A stretch of 64,000 nt of DNA from Octopus sinensis (Eukaryota): NCBI RefSeq assembly GCF_006345805.1, contig NC_043015.1, positions 13,144,001 through 13,208,000 of the forward strand, in the 5' to 3' direction. The notes beneath the pieces are model-generated. The model saw nothing but the letters and a program-made list of their open reading frames with translations. It was not told where the DNA came from and made no database searches. Position numbers and translations under genes: made by a program. The number at the start of each line of letters is the position of its first letter. Position 1 is the stretch's first letter. Below, in pieces: positions 54,566 through 64,000 of the stretch.

Positions 54566-54990
54566 TAACCTACAACGATTTCCATGATGGTGGTGACACA
54601 ATTCAAAGATATGAGTTGCCTGCAATTGATTACATGGTGTAGAGAACATTTTAAACCGAACATGACCGACACAACAGAGCTTTCAACGAGGTTACATTAC
54701 TGTATTGGAATGGACAAAATGTTCCCAGGCATCATCAATATGAATAATGTTAAAAAAGTGATTTCCTGCAAATTTCATGATATTAAGAAAGGCTCTGCAT
54801 AATTGGAGGTCGATAAGACCATACCTATAGATGATCTCATACTAGGTTCTTTTAAGTTCAACAATTACTTTTTTGCTTTGTGGTTCAAACACTTTTTCGA
54901 AGCAATTCGCCATGTGGAGTCTTGCTATGTAGGCTGTTGGTAGCTAAATATTTCGAAACAATAACTAAAAATGTTACAATAATCCACAAA
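54566..54990 (+). repeat. Left arm of an inverted repeat (partner 61764-62205)
   Basis: Reverse complement of 61764-62205; near-identical inner half, more diverged outer half. Confidence 0.92.
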
Positions 54991-55033
54991 CCTCGTTAAA
55001 AGAACAAGAGCGATGAGTTTTAAGCTTCGTTAC

Positions 55034-55245
55034 TGTTATATAATCATCACAACAAACATGAACAATCAACGTCGCCCATTGTCTCCCTTGATAAAAGGAC
55101 TTTCAGTTTGTTTCCCGCCAAAACAATTAACTTGTACAACAACGGCAGTCGAATAAAGTATCTCGTATCGTTAACACGTTGTTTCAGTCTCTCTCATTTT
55201 CTTAATCTTTCATACTAAATACTCACTACTTCCTTTAATACTCAA

Positions 55246-55279
<34 letters not shown>

Positions 55280-55287
55280 CAACAACA
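55034..55287 (+). repeat. 5' LTR (254 bp)
   Basis: TGTTATATAA...AACAACA; TATA-like GATAAAAGG at 55090-55098; AATAAA at 55152-55157; (TA)15. Confidence 0.95.
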
Positions 55288-55298
55288 TGGTGTCAGAA
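55288..55298 (+). promoter_or_regulatory. Primer-binding site, complementary to the tRNA-Leu(CAA) 3' end
   Basis: TGGTGTCAGAA immediately after the 5' LTR. Confidence 0.85.
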
Positions 55299-55365
55299 TA
55301 CTAAAAGAACCCAAAATACAGAAACCAAAGGAAAAAAGAAGTTGAAATCATACTTCAAAGACGAA

Positions 55366-58300
55366 ATGGAAAATTTACCGCATCCAAAAGACCTAGACTT
55401 TAATCAGGAAAATCTAGCCGCAGCATGGAAAAAGTGGAAAAAAGAATTCAATCTCTTTTTGATAGCAACAGAAAGTGACATGAAGCCAGACAAAGTAAAA
55501 ACTTCAATGTTTTTAACTTGCATCGGTTCTAAAGGCCGAGATATCCATTCCACACTGGATTTCGATTCACCCGACGAAGAAATGAACCTTCAGACAGTAA
55601 TCGAAAAATTCGATGCATATTGTGAACCCAGGAAAAACATAACTTTCCTAAGACACAAATTCTTCACATGTGGACAAGCGGAACATCAAAAATTCGATGA
55701 GTACGTAGTAGAGTTGCGCCAAAAGGCACAACAGTGCGAATTCGGCAACCTCACAGACAGTCTCACCAAAGATATTCTGATATGTGGAATCAGAGACATG
55801 AGATTAAGAGAAAGATTATTGAGAGAACCAAATTTAGACCTACAAAAAACAATTCAAGCAGGTCAGAGTGCAGAGCAAACACGACTCCAATCAAGGATGC
55901 TAAATGCCACATCCGAAACAAGAGATAACGAAATCTCGAGGGTATATAGTCAACACGACAGAAAAGGCGCCAAAACTCAAATAACCCGCCATATGCAATC
56001 CAGACATCAAAACGAACAAGGCGGAAGTGACAGAAAGCCCGCGAAGTTTCAAGCGCCAAGTCAACACTACGTCACTAACTGTCACTATTGTGGTTATAAT
56101 CACAAAAGAAATAAATGCCCAGCATTTCACAAGACATGTGAAAAATGCAAGAAACAAGGACACTATGCAAAAATGTGCAAATCAAGAAAATTTGTACATA
56201 AAGTAGAGATACATACCGACGATGAATCAGATGACGATACACATGTACTCGAAATGATCACTGCAAATAATTCCCGCGTGCACAAAATCGAAAAGTTCAA
56301 GACTCCAAAAGACATTTGGACGGTCGAACTAAAAGTGAACAACTCGAATGTAACATTCAAAATAGATACAGGAGCAGACGTAACCGTACTGCCATTCAGA
56401 GAATATAGAAATATAATTCCAAAACCACAACTGCAAAAAACCTCAACTCGATTATCAGCTTACAATAACACAGCTATAAAAGTGCTAGGAAAATGCACAG
56501 CAGTCATTAAATACAAAGAATTATCAAAGCAAATAAAAGTCATTGTTGCAAAAACAAACTCGCACGCAGTTATAGATGCAAAGACAGCTAAAGATCTGAA
56601 CCTGATTCAGAGAATTTCAAAAATAAATTCGAAGACAAACGACATATTTGAAAAATATGAAGACTGTTTCGGAGAAATCGGCACTTTGTCAATAACACAT
56701 CATATCACAGTGGATCCACAAATAACTCCTGTAATTCATCCACCAAGATCGGTTCCTTTTTCTATAAAAGAAAAACTCAACAAAGAATTAAAAAGAATGA
56801 CAGAATTAGATATCATAAAACCTGTTAGTGAACCTACAGACTGGGTAAATTCCCTAGTCATCGTTGAAAAAGCCAACGGAAAACTCCGACTCTGTTTATA
56901 CCCCAAGAATCTAAACAAAGCCATAAAAAGGCAACATTTCAAACTCCCTACAGCGGAGGACATTTTTGCACAAATGCATAACCCTAAATATTTTTCAAAA
57001 CTAGATGCATCTAATGGATACTGGCAAATTCCAGTTGACGAAGAAAGCTCCCATCTTTTAACGTTCAACACACCTTTTGGAAGGTATCGCTTCACACGAC
57101 TACCCTTTGGAATTCACAGCGCCAGTGAAGTTTTCCAAAAAGAAATTTCAAAAATAATAGAGGGCATAGAAAGAGCAAGAAATTCACAGGATGACATCAT
57201 AATCTGGTCCAACACTTTAGAAGAACACACAAATAGACTACAACAAGTTTTCGATCGAATCCGAAAGCACGGATTAAAGTAAAATAAATCAAAGTGTATC
57301 TTCTATGAATCACAAATCAAGTACCTTGGGCATCTATTAACCAGCGAAGGGATAAAACAAGATCCAACCAAAGTACAAGCAATCATTCACATGCCACTGC
57401 CAACAAGTAAAAAAAAATTACAAAGATTCCTAGGTATGACAAATTACCTATGTAAATTTTTATCTAATTACTCCGAAGTCACAGCACCATTGCGCCAGCT
57501 TCTACAGAGTGACACGTTATGGTCATTCGACAAACCACAAATCGAAGCAATAAAAAAGCTAAAAGAAATGATTACCAGAAAACCAGTGCTACAATTTTAT
57601 GATCCAGATCTACCAATAAAAATAACTACAGATGCTAGTAAGCATGGGCTCGGAGCGATACTTGAGCAGAAACACAACGAAAGATGGCTACCTGTTTCGT
57701 TTGCATCTCGTGCAACAACTCAAGCGGAACAAAAGTACTGTCCGATAGAGAGCGAAGCTCTCAGTATAGTTTTCGCATGCAAGAAATTTCATCAGTTTAT
57801 ATACGGAAATCATTTCAGAATCGAAAATAACCATAAACCGTTGAAGCAAATATTCAAAAAATCGATCACTAAATGCCCCCCCAGAATCCAAAGATTTCTA
57901 CTAACATTACAAAGATATGATTTTGACCTAAACCACATACCTGGTAAAGAATCAATTGTTGCAGATACCCTATCACGTGCATACCTTGAGCAAAATACTC
58001 CAGAAGTATCAGACGAAGATATGAAATCGCACATTCATGCAGTAATAAAAAATTACCCCATAACCGACACTAAATTAAAAGAGTATAAAGAAGCCACTGC
58101 AGACGACCCGTCTCTACAGACACTCGTCACATATACAAGAACAGAATGGCCCCCAAAAGACAAAATACCAATAAACATCAAACCATTCGTATCTGTTCGT
58201 GATGAAATATCAATCGTCAATGGTCTCGTTCTAAAAGGTTCAAGAATAATTGTACCTAAGTCATTACGTAGAGAAGCTCTACAGGAAATACATACCGGAC

Positions 58301-59307
58301 ACATGGGTATCGAAAAATGCATAGAGAGAGCGAAGGAATGTATATACTGGCCCGGCATTAACGCTCAAATCAAAGACATGATTAACACATGCTCATACTG
58401 CATTGACTACAAAAATCAACAAGCAGCCGAACCACTAATAAATCATGAAATACCTACTACACCATGGACCAAAGTGGGTACAGACGTATTTCACCTGTCT
58501 GGAAATTCGTATGTCACAATTATTGACTATACAACAAGATTTTTTGATCTACACGAAATAAATGATTGCCAGTCAAAAACCGTAATAAAAAAATTAAAAG
58601 AAACTTTTGCTAAATTCGGAATTCCGCAAACAGTTGTAAGTGACAACGGTCCAGAATTCAATTCGGCTGAATTCAAAAAATTTGCAAAAAATTAGCATTT
58701 TCATCACACGAAGACAAGCCCGCATTATCATCAAGCGAATGGCATGGTTGAGAGAAATATACAGACAATAAGAAAGACGCTAAAAAAGGCATTCAAAAGT
58801 GGCGAAGAACCTCAGTTAGCGCTCTTAGCATTACGCACGACTAAATTACAAAATGGTGCACCATCCCCTGCAAATCAAATAATGAATAGAACATTGCGAA
58901 CAAATCTCCCAAACATATTACACGACAAAATTGGTATCAGGCCTCACGAAAAGAAGAAATCAAACATTACAACAGAACTCCCAGAGTTAAAACCACACGA
59001 CACGGTTAGAATTAAGTTTAACAACAATTGGTTTAGAAGGGGCAAAATAATTAAAAAACTAGAGCAACCTCGTTCATACTTAGTAATAACAGAGGAAGGT
59101 AATACAGTCAAACGAAATAGACAACATATTCTTAAAACAAACGAACACGTTCGCATAATAGAAGAATTAGGTTATGAAAATATATTTCCAAAGTCAACAA
59201 ACACGCATGAAAAAACAAAAACAGCACAACTACAGAATTCAACACTACAAAATAATAAAACCACAAAAAGTGGACGACGAATAATTATTCCCTGTAGATA
59301 CAGATGA
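55366..59307 (+). pseudogene. gag-pol polyprotein in a single frame, with in-frame stops TAA 57280-57282 and TAG 58693-58695
   Basis: Double zinc knuckle (CHYCGYNHKRNKC, CEKCKKQGHYAKMC), protease IDTGAD, RT (LDASNGYWQI, RLPFG, SQDD), RNase H (TDAS, ESEAL), integrase HHCC and D-D-E. ORFs starting at 55342, 57391 and 58744 are all in the same frame. Confidence 0.95.
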
Positions 59308-59329
59308 TAAAAAAAAAATAAATATAAAT

Positions 59330-59345
59330 AAAAAAAAAAGGAAGA
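59330..59345 (+). promoter_or_regulatory. Polypurine tract
   Basis: AAAAAAAAAAGGAAGA abutting the 3' LTR. Confidence 0.85.
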
Positions 59346-59560
59346 TGTTATATAATCATCACAACAAACATGAACAATCAACGTCGCCCATTGTCTCCCA
59401 GTTTGTTTCCCGCCAAAACAATTAACTTGTACAACAACGGCAGTCGAATAAAGTATCTCGTATCGTTAACACGTTGTTTCAGTCTCTCTCATTTTCTTAA
59501 TCTTTCATACTAAATACTCACTACTTCCTTTAATACTCAATACTATATATAACAACAACA
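59346..59560 (+). repeat. 3' LTR (215 bp)
   Basis: Matches the 5' LTR except for a 17-bp deletion and (TA)4 instead of (TA)15. Confidence 0.95.
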
Positions 59561-59976
59561 GTTACTACTTGCGAAACCAGACTTTTTCGACAATGAATAA
59601 AATATATAATCTTAATTGATTTAACAAATTTTGTTGCGCAGAGTGTCCAACAATCTTCCTCCTCACCCAGCAAGTTATGTGGAGTTGCCAGTTTAGACAC
59701 CAACGAGCCGAACATAGATCTAGGTGCAGTGGGTTACATGTGACTAGTAGCTCTCAAGAGCGAACTATTATATAATTATAATTAAGAACGCATTCAAACA
59801 CATTATATACATAGATTATTATGAATAATCTATAACATAAGGATTGAAGAAGTGGGACTGCATCCAACTTATTTTTGCCGCAAATAAATATTAAAAAATC
59901 TGTAAACCATAACGTTTATATGTATATCAGAATCAAAGTATAAGGCTTAATATATACATAGAAAAAAAAAATATAG

Positions 59977-60146
59977 GGCGGCGAGCTGGCAGAAACGTTA
60001 GCACGTCGGGCGGAATGCTTAAAGGTGTTTCGTCTGTCGCTACATTCTGAGTTCAAATTCCGCCGAGGTCGACTTTGCCTTTCATCCTTTCAGGGTCGAT
60101 TAAATAAGTACCAGTTACGCACTGGGGTCGATATAATCAACTTAAT
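59977..60146 (+). mobile_element. SINE, conserved body, tail missing
   Basis: GGCGGCGAGCTGGCAGAAACGTTAGC...GGGGTCGATATAATCAACTTAAT. Confidence 0.85.
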
Positions 60147-61763
60147 GATTATATGTGTCTGCAGGACACGAATGAGGGATTGCATAAAATGTAGACCGTG
60201 GAAAATTACACACTGCCATTTTGCAATATTTTATGCATTGTTTTACCAATGAACGAAAATTGTTATGAAAAGAACGAACGAAAATGTCAATTACTGTCAC
60301 GTTTATGCATGTGATGTATGTGAGCGCGCAAAAGCACAAATATCACGTCAAAATGCGAGTGTGAACAGATACAAGGCAAGAACGAAAAAAAAAAAAACCC
60401 AGAACAAACCAAAACAAAATCAAACGAAATGCATGCTCTATAATCAAATGGGAATATGTGAAATATCAATGTTAGACAGAGAATTAAGCGGAAGCAAGTA
60501 AGGTAAAAATAAAAGTATTGCTAGAAAATTTTTTGGTAAAATTTATGCGTAGTTTTAGCAATATGTTAAATAATTTTTGTTAAAAAGAGGTTTCTAAGGT
60601 AATGAAAAAGAAAGACAAACTGTTTTTATAGCTAGTCCGTCGCAATTAATAGGTGACCGAAGCTACAGAAAGTTTACTAAGAAACAGTTCGCGAATGTGG
60701 CATGCAATCGGTGGTAGAAGGTTGGTGTTGCATTTTTGGACGCAAGGTGCTGGTTGTGGGATTTTCTCTGAAGACTTCTTTCTTCCTGTTTCCGCATGAC
60801 GGTATTCGACGAAAGCTGTCCTGTTAGTAAAAGGCATCAGACTGCGTATTTTTTCGGTTGTTGATATCGATAAGTCACCCGTGTAAATGTATTGCCCACG
60901 GAAGCCACATAATGTAGCGAGGTCGAGAATCGAAACCTTGCAACTTTAATAACTAAGCCTAGATCACACCTAAGTTAGGTGACATGTCCTTGTTATTAAA
61001 CCTTCAACTTGCTGGAATATCCCCGGTATTAGAGAATATTCTTTAGTGTTCCGGGAGCTCACGCACATTTGTAGTTATATAAGCACAACGTGTGAAAATA
61101 AATGGGAATGGCGCACTTTTGGAAGCACAAGCAACAATCCCTTCAACAATTTTTTCTTGATTGAAGCTCAGCTCCGAGTTAAAATGAATTCTTCAAGCGT
61201 TATTCCCACCTCTCACGCAAAGTTAGTCTATTTTATGAGCAGTTCGGTTACAACTACATTTGGTTCTATCACACAATCTTATGCTGCTGGCAAACCGTGA
61301 TACAGCTATATAAATATTGTAATTTATTTCGATAAAAATAAACTTATTTTAGCAACGTAGTTGGTTCATTATGGGACAACACGTGGCTAACTTAAGACCA
61401 GCCAACAAATTACCCGTACAGCCAGTACAACAATAGCATTCAACGTTTGACGTCAGCTATGATATTGCTGTGAACTTGTAGGCATTTTAGTCGCCTGCAT
61501 AACTGTTTTTAGACAAGTCATCAATGAAAAGTTAAGATGGCTATTGAGTGTTTTTAGGCAGATGAAATATATGGTGAAGATTAGAGCAGTAAACGAAGAA
61601 GGGTAGAGAAAAAGTGTAGCATAATTCAATAATTCATTCTTTTCGTTGTTTGTCACAAAGAATCATTATCAAACAAGATGGCTCGATAAATCGCCCGAAG
61701 CAAAAGATTGAGTGTTTTTAAGATTGAATCTTTTTAAAGAAGAGTGAACACACGCGCGCGTGT

Positions 61764-62205
61764 TTTGTGGATTATTGTAACATTTTTAGTTATTCTGTTT
61801 CGAAATATTTAGCTACCAACAGCTTACATAGCAAGACTCCACATGGCGAATTGCTTCGAAAAAGTGCTTGAACCACAAAGCAAAAAAGTAATTGTTGAAC
61901 TTAAAAGAACCTAGTATGAGATCATCTATAGGTATGGTCTTATCGACCTCCAAATTATGCAGAGCCTTTCTTAATATCATGAAATACATCTCTTTAAAAT
62001 ACTTGCAGGAAATAGCTTTTTTAACCTTAGTCATATTGGTGACGTCTGGGAACAATTTGTCTACTCCAATGCAGTAATGTAACCCCGTTGAAAGCTCTGT
62101 GGTGTCGGTCATGTTCGGTTTAAAATGTTCTCTACACCATTGCAGGCAACTCGTATCTTTTACTTTGAATTGTATCACCACCATCATGGAAATCGTTGTA
62201 GGTTT
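61764..62205 (-). repeat. Right arm of an inverted repeat (partner 54566-54990)
   Basis: Reverse complement of the left arm. Confidence 0.92.
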
Positions 62206-62319
62206 AATCGCAATTAAAAGGAACTCTGAACATAGTTGAACCCCAGGTCTGACATAGTCTCACAAAAATTAGGTTCTCTCGGTAATTTTCGTGCGGAGAG
62301 TAAACTGTCTGCTGACACA

Positions 62320-63810
62320 TATTTCTTTATTACCCACTAGGGGCTACGAAGAGGGAACATTACAAGACATGGGGGATACAAAACAATATGATTAAAATTA
62401 TGAGTAAATGAATGTTAGAATGAAAAAATGATAATATGAAAGCGATGCTAACGGCCCCCTCCGCCAGCATCACTTACCTGTCCGTTTCCCATCACAATTC
62501 CAAACTTTTTTACCTCACCCTTCATTTCTCTTTCATACCTCTCTATCATATCATCCTTCATATACGCTGTCAAACAATTTATACGCAATTCATTACACTT
62601 GCTCGTCAAAGAGTTCATAAGTTCAGAATCAAACACCGCGTAACTACCGTCTTCATACTCTTGCCATACATCGTCCTGAAAAATCCTTTTTGCGTCCTCG
62701 GTATCCCCCTTCCTCACAACACATAAAAAGTAGGACCGGGGCCTTTGTTTGTTCTGTGTGTCTGTTTTCGTTTTTCTTGTAGGCGGGGAGTGGGTGGAAT
62801 CGCTGTTTGCAGGGGCAGGATGGGTCTCCAAGGGTGTGGGTGGTGTTGGGGTGGGTTGGGGCTTCGCACAGTTTTTCCTTTTCTTTCCTTTTCTCTTCTT
62901 TCTGCCCTCCTCCCACTCTTTTTGCATCTCCTCCTCCTCTGTCGTTTCCCTTTCCGTCTGCTTCTCTTTAATTTCTTCCTCTTTTGGGGCCTCCTCTTTT
63001 GGAGATTCCTCAACGATTTCCTTTTCTCTTGGTAGGGGAGGGCAGAAGGCTCTTATGTGGCCCCTCAGGCCACACTTGTAACAACGTGGAGCTCTGCCCT
63101 CCACCCACACTCTCATAATCACGTCTCCCAATCTGATGCTTTCCGCCAGGTCCACCAGTACCTCGTTTTCTGCCTGCACGTTCAGCTCCACTGTTACGCC
63201 TCTCCAGCCCTCGGTCTTAACCGAGGCATGGAGAATATCCACTTCCTCCTCGTGGCCGCTGATCACAGCCGCCACAATCCACTCTGCCTCAACGTTTGGT
63301 GGCACTCCCTCCACCCTCACTCGTGTAATCCTTCTATTCAAATACATAGGTAAAAGTGTTACCTTTTCTGACTTCACCGCCTTCACCGCCATCTTCCTCG
63401 CTGCAGTCTCACTTTTAAAATGTACCACTACAGTACCGTACTTCGATCCTCGAGTCAGAAAAATGATTTCCTCCTCCGATCTTCTCAGGGCCTCCTCTAT
63501 CCACTCCATGTTTACAACTTCTATTTTCTTTCTTTCGTTTGCGAACACCCTGTAAATAATGGTCCTTTTATTGTACCATTCCTTTCTCTTTGGTGGTGGT
63601 TCCAGTTCCACCTCGCCGCTGTCCTTCCTCATATACTTCTGGAAACCTGGCAATTTTCCTAGGTTTATTTCCTTTTCCTGTGCCGTCTTCTTTTTTGCAA
63701 CTCATGCGTACGTTTTCCTGTTTTTTATCTCCACATTATTTACATCACCGATTTGATCGTCTTCAGAGTTCGATGTCTCCGACAAGTTCTCAAATATCCA
63801 TTCCTCCTCC
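62320..63810 (-). mobile_element. ORF1-only non-LTR retroposon (Tx1/L1-like ORF1, no ORF2), probably 5'-truncated
   Basis: 15-bp TSD CTGTCTGCTGACACA at 62305-62319 and 63811-63825; 128-nt 3' UTR ending GCCCCTAGTGGGTAATAAAGAAATA. Confidence 0.88.
62448..63653 (-). CDS. Tx1/L1-type ORF1-like nucleic-acid-binding protein (RRM-like region + CCHC knuckle + acidic/basic/Pro-rich linker + extra C-terminal segment)
   Basis: CYKCGLRGHIRAFC (CX2CX4HX4C) preceded by RVWVEGRAPR, and by TRVRVEGVPP further upstream. First in-frame ATG is at 63632. The frame continues to the 5' TSD with one TGA at 63704-63702 inside TYA*VAKK. Confidence 0.8.
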   Translation of the reverse strand: MPGFQKYMRKDSGEVELEPPPKRKEWYNKRTIIYRVFANERKKIEVVNMEWIEEALRRSEEEIIFLTRGSKYGTVVVHFKSETAARKMAVKAVKSEKVTLLPMYLNRRITRVRVEGVPPNVEAEWIVAAVISGHEEEVDILHASVKTEGWRGVTVELNVQAENEVLVDLAESIRLGDVIMRVWVEGRAPRCYKCGLRGHIRAFCPPLPREKEIVEESPKEEAPKEEEIKEKQTERETTEEEEMQKEWEEGRKKRKGKKRKNCAKPQPTPTPPTPLETHPAPANSDSTHSPPTRKTKTDTQNKQRPRSYFLCVVRKGDTEDAKRIFQDDVWQEYEDGSYAVFDSELMNSLTSKCNELRINCLTAYMKDDMIERYEREMKGEVKKFGIVMGNGQVSDAGGGGR

Positions 63811-63832
63811 CTGTCTGCTGACACAACTTATG

Positions 63833-63846
63833 CACGTGATTGGCTG
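63833..63846 (-). promoter_or_regulatory. Adjacent NF-Y CCAAT box and E-box (CAGCCAATCACGTG)
   Basis: Motif match only, in a CpG-rich context. Confidence 0.35.
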
Positions 63847-63894
63847 CAATATATATCGATAGGTGTGTTGGTCAACTGCGTGAATGTTCTATCA

Positions 63895-63922
63895 CTGCCC
63901 CTTGTGGGTAATAAAAAATCAG
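63895..63922 (+). mobile_element. 28-bp tail-only retroposed insertion
   Basis: CTGCCCCTTGTGGGTAATAAAAAATCAG flanked by a 13-bp TSD GAATGTTCTATCA (63882-63894 / 63923-63935). Confidence 0.8.
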
Positions 63923-64000
63923 GAATGTTCTATCATTTGTCATGTCAAACAGGATAATATTAACGAGGCTTGAAAACAGATTTAGTCAGAAATGCTGTAA

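Larger units (their letters stand above)
55034..59560 (+). mobile_element. Full-length Ty3/Gypsy LTR retrotransposon, Mag-like clade
   Basis: TG...CA LTRs, 5-bp TSD GTTAC (55029-55033 / 59561-59565), PBS, PPT, gag-PR-RT-RH-IN domain order. Confidence 0.97.

Noticed and set aside
55734-59381. Overlapping and antisense ORFs inside the Gypsy element
   Set aside because: Shadow ORFs of gag-pol; no env-like or accessory gene is supported.
4854-60146. tRNA-like heads of SINEs as tRNA genes
   Set aside because: No complete cloverleaf or anticodon arm; each continues into SINE body and tail.
61813-62187. 124-aa ORF as a bona fide gene
   Set aside because: No recognisable domain, and the paralogous arm is interrupted; kept only as part of the inverted-repeat finding.
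1-64000. CRISPR arrays, rRNA, prokaryotic operons
   Set aside because: None seen; the window is intron-containing eukaryotic DNA.

Overview
AT-rich, repeat-dense eukaryotic DNA, most likely octopus or another coleoid cephalopod (inferred from the SINE/LINE families, not proven). One host gene is recognisable: the last four coding exons of TMEM65 on the + strand (7216-18591, canonical splice sites, continuous frame); its 5' exons were not found in the window. Positions ~19-52 kb are CpG-poor and filled with SINEs, MITEs, microsatellites and decayed RTE, Penelope-like and hAT remnants, with a few orphan splice-flanked candidates. From ~52.7 kb the DNA becomes CpG-rich. This part holds a full-length Mag-type Ty3/Gypsy element (55034-59560; 5-bp TSD; LTRs with no substitutions; two nonsense codons) inside a ~430-bp inverted repeat pair. 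It also holds a TSD-flanked retroposon encoding only a Tx1/L1-like ORF1 (62320-63810, - strand). That element shares a 3' stem-loop tail (GCCC-CTTGT-GGGY-AATAAAGAAAT) with local tRNA-derived SINEs and with a 28-bp tail-only insertion. This shared-tail set of non-autonomous retroposons is the most novel-looking system in the window. All alignments and counts were made by eye.
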